Below, one piece after another: positions 59,363 through 64,000 of a DNA stretch of 64,000 bases (position 1 is its first letter; each line of letters begins with the position of its first letter). Source of the DNA: Dictyostelium discoideum (taxonomy: Eukaryota); NCBI GenBank assembly GCA_000004695.1, contig CM000153.2, positions 1,600,001 through 1,664,000 on the forward strand. Direction: 5' to 3'. The notes below the pieces were generated by a model. That model was given only the letters and a program-made list of their open reading frames with translations. It searched no databases and had not been told where the DNA came from. The translations under genes and the position numbers were made by a program.

Positions 59363-61825
59363 TTATTATTATTATAGCCAATTCAGCTACATTATTTAGA
59401 GGATTAAGTACAGCAACAAGATTAATTTCAGCATTTTATAAAAGAGTTGGAGAAAGTTATTTGAAATATTTATTACAACCATTTGTTATTGATCTTTGTA
59501 GTAGAAATTTTTCATTTGAAATTGATCCGGAAAAAGCAGGAAAGGGTGTAAATATTCAAGCAAACTTGGAAAAATTAATAACAATTACTCAACAACTTTT
59601 AGATAAAATTTTAGATTCTGTTGATCAATGTCCTTTGTAAGTTTTTAATTTTTATTATTTATTATTATTTTAATTTTAAATATTAATATGTAATTAATAA
59701 ATAAATAATTTTATAGACCAATAAGACAAATTTTAAATCATACACAAGAAAAAGTTGAAAAAAGATTTAAATCAATGAAAACAACAGTAGTTGGTGGATT
59801 TATATTTTTAAGATTTATATGTCCAGCAATTGTTGCACCAGAAGCATTTGGATTAATACCTAGAGAAGAAGAACCAACCTCTGAAACTAGAAGAGGTTTA
59901 GTATTAGTTTCAAAGTTACTTCAAAATTTGGCAAATGAAATGCCATTTGGTTCTGGTATTAAAGAGGAATATATGTCTTATTTAAATGATTTCATTACAA
60001 ATAATTCAACAAGAATTCATGTTTTCTTTGATAGTTTAGCTCAAGATCCAACTCAACAACAACAACAAATACAACCATTACAACAACAACAACAACAACA
60101 ACAACAACCTTCATCAACTTCTACAAATCTTAATGCCACAAATAATAATAATAGTAATTGTAGTAGTAACCATACAAGTAGTAATAATATTGGAAGTGGT
60201 GTATCAACACCAAAGTTAACAAGTACACCATTGGGTTCTGTTCAACAATCAAGTGGTAACCATAATGAAGATTCAAATAGTAATAATAATAATAATACTA
60301 CTAATACTACTACCACTACTAATAATAATAATAACAACAATATAAATAATAACAACAACAATAATAATAATAATAGTAGTAATAATAAATTAAATTCAAT
60401 TATAATGACTGAGGATTCAATAACCGATAATTTAAATGTACTTATGAATCAAATCATAGAAAATAGAGAGAAAATTGAAAATTATATACAAGAGAATGGA
60501 AATATAGATTCATCATCTGATATTATTAAAAGATTGGATACCTCATTACAAGCTGCAAAACAAAAAGCATCATATTTTAATTTTTGGGGAAGAGGAAAAG
60601 ATAAGAGTAATATTAGCGGTAGTGGTGGTGGTGGTGGTGGTAGTAGCGGTGGTCCTACAACAAGTAATGGAAAATTAAAGAAATCACCATCTGCTGGAGT
60701 AGTTTCCAATTCAAATCATATTCAACAATTACAAGAAAAAGAAAGAGAAAAAGAAAGAGAAAAAGATAAAGATAAAGAAAAAGATAAAGATAAAGAAAAG
60801 GATAAAGATAAAGAAAAACATGCTAGTCAAAAGAAATTACAATTAAGTCAATCACAACATACTTTAGTATTAGATGGTATAAGTACTAATGGTGGTAATA
60901 TTAATAATAATAGCAATAATAATAAATCTCTTTTAAAAAATCAGGGTCAATTATCAGAAGAATTGGAAATGAGAGATCAAAAAGAAGTTGATAATTTAAA
61001 TTTAATGGCAGAGAATTCAAGATTAAAAAAAGAATTGGAAGATGCAAAATCAAGAAATAATTTATTAAGAAAGTTGAGAGAAGAATTAGAACGTGAAAAA
61101 AGTGAAAAAAAGGAATTGAAATTATTAATTAAAAGGTGTAATGATAGATTGAAATCATTGGATGATCAATTGGATTTAATTAATGATTTACAACCTTGGG
61201 TTGATGATAATCCTCCAAGTGGTAATCATGATTTACAATCGTTGATTGAAGAAACTCTTGGTGTTGGTGGTAGTTTATCAAATAGAAAGAAATCAAATTC
61301 TTCACTTGGTATATCAAAAGTTCGTGGTTATGATACTGCTCCAACAACTCCAACCAATACAATCTTATCTTCTTCAACTACGAATATACCTTCAATTACA
61401 AATGCAATGATTAATCATAATAATATTAATGTTAATATTTGTGCTATTAATGGAAGTAAAGATACTACTAGTAGTAGTACTTTAATATCTGCAACTTCAA
61501 CACCAACAATATCAATCGTTGATAATTGCACAACCGCTACATCTTCATTACAACCATCACCACAACCAAATTCTCAATCTGTAAATTTAAATCATTCAAC
61601 AAATTATATTCCACATTTAGATGTTTCTTGTGATAGTAATAATAGTAGTACTACAAGTAGTTTTTATAATAATCAAAATAATTTAAATTCAAATAACAAT
61701 ATAAAGAAATCATCAACAAATCAAAGTATATCTGAAAGTTTAATGTCTGAAATTTCTGAGGCTGATGAAAGTAAATCTGGTAGTAATATTTCAATTAGTA
61801 GTGCCACAATTCATTCAAATAGTGG

Positions 61826-61863
<38 letters not shown>

Positions 61864-62275
61864 GCGGCAGCAATGGTAAAGGTTCAAATTCAACATCAGG
61901 TCTAAGTAGAAAAAATTCAACAACTTCTGAAATGTCAATGGCTGACCCAACAAATTATGAAAATCAAAATTTAATAATTCAAACTGTTGTAGAAGGTGGT
62001 GAAATTTTAGATGATTCTGCTTGTGATTTATTGGAATTCTTAAAAGAAGTTGCATCAAAACAAGAATTACAAAAATCTAAAGAAAGACAAAGACTTCAAG
62101 AAGAAAAAGAAAATAAAGCCAAAAATTCTGTATTCTTTAAATTCTCCTCAAAATTCTCTTCAAAAAGGAGATCCAAAGATGGAAAAAATCAACCACTCTC
62201 TCCACCATTATCATCACAAAATAGTCAACAAGAAAAAGATTCTCCAAATTCTGGTGCAGCATTATCTTTAAATAA

Positions 62276-62279
<4 letters not shown>
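58818..62279 (+). CDS. Ras GTPase-activating protein (RasGAP domain) with a long coiled-coil and low-complexity C-terminal region. Four exons: 58818..58985, 59066..59246, 59378..59636, 59717..62279, about 1057 aa
   Basis: Donors are GTAAGT (58986), GTATGT (59247) and GTAAGT (59637), with acceptors TTTAG, TATAG and TTATAG. The product contains the RasGAP signature 'TVVGGFIFLRFICPAIVAPEAFGLI' (consensus FLRFINPAIVSP). Upstream of it is the GAP helical core 'NSATLFRGLSTATRLISAFYKRVGESYLKYLLQPFVIDLC'. Downstream are Gln/Asn tracts, an '(EKDKDK)n' repeat and heptad-rich 'ELEMRDQKEVDNLNLMAENSRLKKELEDAKSRNNLLRKLREELEREKSEKKELKLLIKRCNDRLKSLDDQLDL'. Confidence 0.75.
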
Positions 62280-62306
<27 letters not shown>

Positions 62307-62691
62307 GAAAAACAATTAAAAACAATTAAAAACTTGTACATATAATATTATATATATATTTTTTTTTATGCACTGTATAACAAAGAAAAAAAAGAATAAA
62401 TAATTTAAAAAAAAAAATAAAAAAAAATATATCTTTCCAGTTGATTCAAAAATAGTTTTTTTTTGCCTTTAATGTCCAAACTCTGATTAATCAAAAAAAA
62501 AAATATAGTTTTTTTTTTTTTTTTTATTAGGTTTTTAATAAAAATTATTAATATTTCAGACCTAGATTCAGATGTTTATCATTAAAAAAATGGTTGCTTA
62601 GATTTTTAATTTTTTAAAAAATAAATAATTAAATTTTTTTTTTTTTTTGATAAAATACACCACCTGGCTTTTTAATGATATAAAAAAGACA

Positions 62692-62746
62692 GTTGACGAA
62701 GGTTTCTTTGAATGTAAGGAAATGTTAGATTTGCTGTAAGGTCAAC
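62692..62746 (-). ncRNA. Class I RNA gene, the dictyostelid-specific ncRNA of about 55 nt, copy A
   Basis: The minus-strand transcript reads GTTGACCTTACAGCAAATCTAACATTTCCTTACATTCAAAGAAACCTTCGTCAAC. It has the conserved 5' GTTGACC and the CCTTACAGCAA motif. Its 3' CGTCAAC pairs with the 5' end to close the terminal stem. A T-run follows (TGTCTTTTTT), and a DUSE box lies 73 nt upstream on the same strand. Confidence 0.7.
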
Positions 62747-62818
62747 TTTAATGTTTCTCACATTTTCTTAAAATGATATAAACATATAAAATTGAAAACA
62801 TTAAAATTAAAAATAGAA

Positions 62819-62827
62819 TTATGGGAT
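62819..62827 (-). promoter_or_regulatory. DUSE (Dictyostelium upstream sequence element) for Class I RNA copy A
   Basis: The plus strand reads TTATGGGAT, which is ATCCCATAA on the minus strand. It matches the [AT]CCCA[CT]AA consensus, is 73 nt upstream of the copy A 5' end, and sits in an otherwise AT-rich spacer. Confidence 0.55.
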
Positions 62828-62934
62828 CCAATCCTCCTAAATTCTTTTAAATTAATAAAAATAATTAATTTTGTTTGAAAATTCTTTTTTTTTTTTTTCT
62901 TTTTTTTTCTCAATTTTTTTTTTTTTTCCCAAAA

Positions 62935-62942
62935 ACCCATAA
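62935..62942 (+). promoter_or_regulatory. Consensus DUSE oriented towards the GC-richer block starting near 63000
   Basis: ACCCATAA matches the [AT]CCCA[CT]AA consensus. A second CCCA motif (AATCCCATTT, 62962-62971) lies 27 nt downstream. This DUSE is about 110 nt from the copy A DUSE and in divergent orientation to it. Confidence 0.4.
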
Positions 62943-63004
62943 AAAGTTTTAGTCAAATACCAATCCCATTTTTAAATTTTAATTAAATATATTTTCAATG
63001 GGCA

Positions 63005-63245
63005 TATCAGGACATCGAGTTTAAAACCTATTCAGACTCCAGAATACAAATTAATTTGAGCGGCAACGTTCATATCAATCTACACTTAACAAATCATCAG
63101 ATGGTTAAAAAAATGCTGAGAAGTAACAGCATTAAAAAAAAACATTTAGACCACAGTTGAGAGTCTTAAAATCCCAACCAGTTAGTAGAGACTAAAAATC
63201 TACAAACAATAAACTCGATCTGATAACTGAAATGTCTTTTTTTTT
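63005..63245 (+). ncRNA. Candidate DUSE-driven small RNA gene (unassigned class). About 240 nt, ending at a T10 run
   Basis: AT content drops abruptly, to roughly 60%, exactly 60-70 nt downstream of the DUSE at 62935. No ORF is present. The block contains a perfect 6-bp hairpin ATGCTGAGAAGTAACAGCAT (63125-63144) and terminates at GTCTTTTTTTTTT (63237-63249). The minus strand of 63017-63110 additionally shows box C/D-like features (CUGAUGA, then about 60 nt, then CUGA, flanked by AACC/GGUU), which I list as an alternative reading. Confidence 0.35.
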
Positions 63246-63537
63246 TTATTATTTTTTTTTTATAATGGTAATAGAAATGGAAATGGTAATGTGACATCCC
63301 TATTTACATCAACAAAAACTATATCATATCTACAGAAACCTACTTGCAATAAAAGAAGTTCAAGAAGAAAAAAAATAAATATAAAAATAAAAGTGTGATA
63401 ATAATTTTATTGATAATAATAAATAATATGTACATCATATTATTATAAATAATATTTACTAATTTATTTTTTTAATATATATTTTAAATTAAAAATTTTT
63501 TTTTTTTGAAATGTGAATGCAATCACAAAACAATTAA

Positions 63538-63590
63538 GTTGATCCTACAGCAATTCTATCACTATACATACAAAAGAAACCTTCGTCGAC
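63538..63590 (+). ncRNA. Class I RNA-like copy B. Degenerate, possibly a pseudogene
   Basis: The sequence is GTTGATCCTACAGCAATTCTATCACTATACATACAAAAGAAACCTTCGTCGAC followed by T16. It is related to copies A and C. The conserved motif is altered (CCTACAGCAA, lacking one T, and GATC for GACC). No consensus DUSE lies at about -70; only AATCACAAA lies at -10. Confidence 0.45.
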
Positions 63591-63607
63591 TCTCTTTTTT
63601 TTTTTTT
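63591..63607 (+). terminator. T-run (T16) immediately 3' of Class I-like copy B. An analogous T8 run follows copy C at 63943-63950 and a T6 run follows copy A on the minus strand
   Basis: An oligo-T run directly abuts the 3' end of each of the three Class I copies. I read it as the termination signal. Confidence 0.4.
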
Positions 63608-63701
63608 TTCTTTCAATTAATATTATTTCAAGTCTAACTTTAAATTTTTAGATTTACAAAATGCAAATTGGTAATTATTGATGAGAACAATCCTATTTTT
63701 T

Positions 63702-63746
<45 letters not shown>

Positions 63747-63803
63747 CTTGACAATTTAACAAGAAATTAAAAAAAAGAGTTTTTTTTTTTATTAGTTAAT
63801 ACT

Positions 63804-63812
63804 ATCCCACAA
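63804..63812 (+). promoter_or_regulatory. DUSE for Class I RNA copy C
   Basis: ATCCCACAA matches the [AT]CCCA[CT]AA consensus, 72 nt upstream of GTTGACC at 63884. Confidence 0.55.
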
Positions 63813-63883
63813 AATTATTTTTTATTTAAAATTTCTTAAATAATTAATTTTTACAATCTTTATTTAAATGTGTAAACATTTAT

Positions 63884-63939
63884 GTTGACCTTACAGCAAA
63901 TCTTACAGTTCCTTCATTCTAAGAAAACCCTCCGTCAAC
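63884..63939 (+). ncRNA. Class I RNA gene, copy C
   Basis: The sequence is GTTGACCTTACAGCAAATCTTACAGTTCCTTCATTCTAAGAAAACCCTCCGTCAAC. It has a perfect 5'/3' stem (GTTGACG/CGTCAAC), the CCTTACAGCAA motif and a downstream T8 run. A DUSE ATCCCACAA lies 72 nt upstream. It shares about 85% identity with copy A, in opposite orientation. Confidence 0.7.
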
Positions 63940-64000
63940 TGTCTTTTTTTTAATTAATTATTTATTTTTTATTACCATCATTAAAACTTTTGGAAACAAA

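Noticed and set aside
62758-62940. 60-aa minus-strand ORF
   Set aside because: It spans the DUSE and AT-rich spacer between the two divergent small-RNA promoters. Its composition is Lys/Phe-rich, so it is not coding.
63017-63110. Calling a definite box C/D snoRNA on the minus strand
   Set aside because: The C-box (CUGAUGA), D-box (CUGA) and 4-bp terminal clamp are present, but such short motifs arise by chance. The only consensus promoter element nearby (DUSE at 62935) is oriented for a plus-strand transcript. I kept this as an alternative inside the ncRNA-candidate finding rather than as a feature.

Overview
The window is extremely AT-rich (intergenic runs of near-pure A/T) with GC-richer exons, short AT-rich GTAAGT...AG introns, and very long in-frame (AAT)n and (CAA)n tracts that encode poly-Asn and poly-Gln. 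It also carries 'FNIP' repeat proteins and DUSE-type small-RNA promoters. These are hallmarks of Dictyostelium discoideum nuclear chromosomal DNA, so I annotated it as eukaryotic. I found no rRNA, tRNA or CRISPR, and no intact transposon. I resolve about 23 protein-coding genes, roughly one per 2.7 kb, mostly with 0-3 introns:
- an FNIP-repeat protein;
- a calponin-homology-domain, proline-rich protein;
- a candidate RPA3;
- prohibitin-2;
- a two-RRM protein;
- a tandem pair of paralogous four-transmembrane proteins;
- a six-exon membrane protein;
- a GPALPP1/DUF3752 homologue;
- a coiled-coil protein;
- E2F;
- two divergent F-box-like paralogues;
- an NBR1-like autophagy receptor (PB1 + ZZ + FW);
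- a ThrE/Prm10-type transporter with a long Gln/Asn-rich N-terminus;
- a SAP + FNIP protein;
- EME1 and, 12 kb away, MUS81;
- a CHD1-type remodeller;
- two low-complexity proteins;
- a RasGAP.
The most interesting non-coding content is at the 3' end (62.6-64.0 kb). Three copies of the dictyostelid Class I ncRNA (GTTGACCTTACAGCAA ... CGTCAAC, about 55 nt, each followed by a T-run) sit there. Two of them have consensus DUSE promoter boxes about 72 nt upstream. A further consensus DUSE points at a GC-richer block of about 240 bp that ends in a T-run (63.0-63.25 kb); this looks like an unassigned small RNA gene. There is also a fragmented, protein-like, probably decayed gene at 1.9-3.0 kb, and two small non-AT-rich direct-repeat islands.
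Caveat: splice-site coordinates come from manual counting. In a few places my reading of the sequence and the supplied ORF track disagree by 1-2 nt, so treat exon boundaries as approximate (+/-2 nt).
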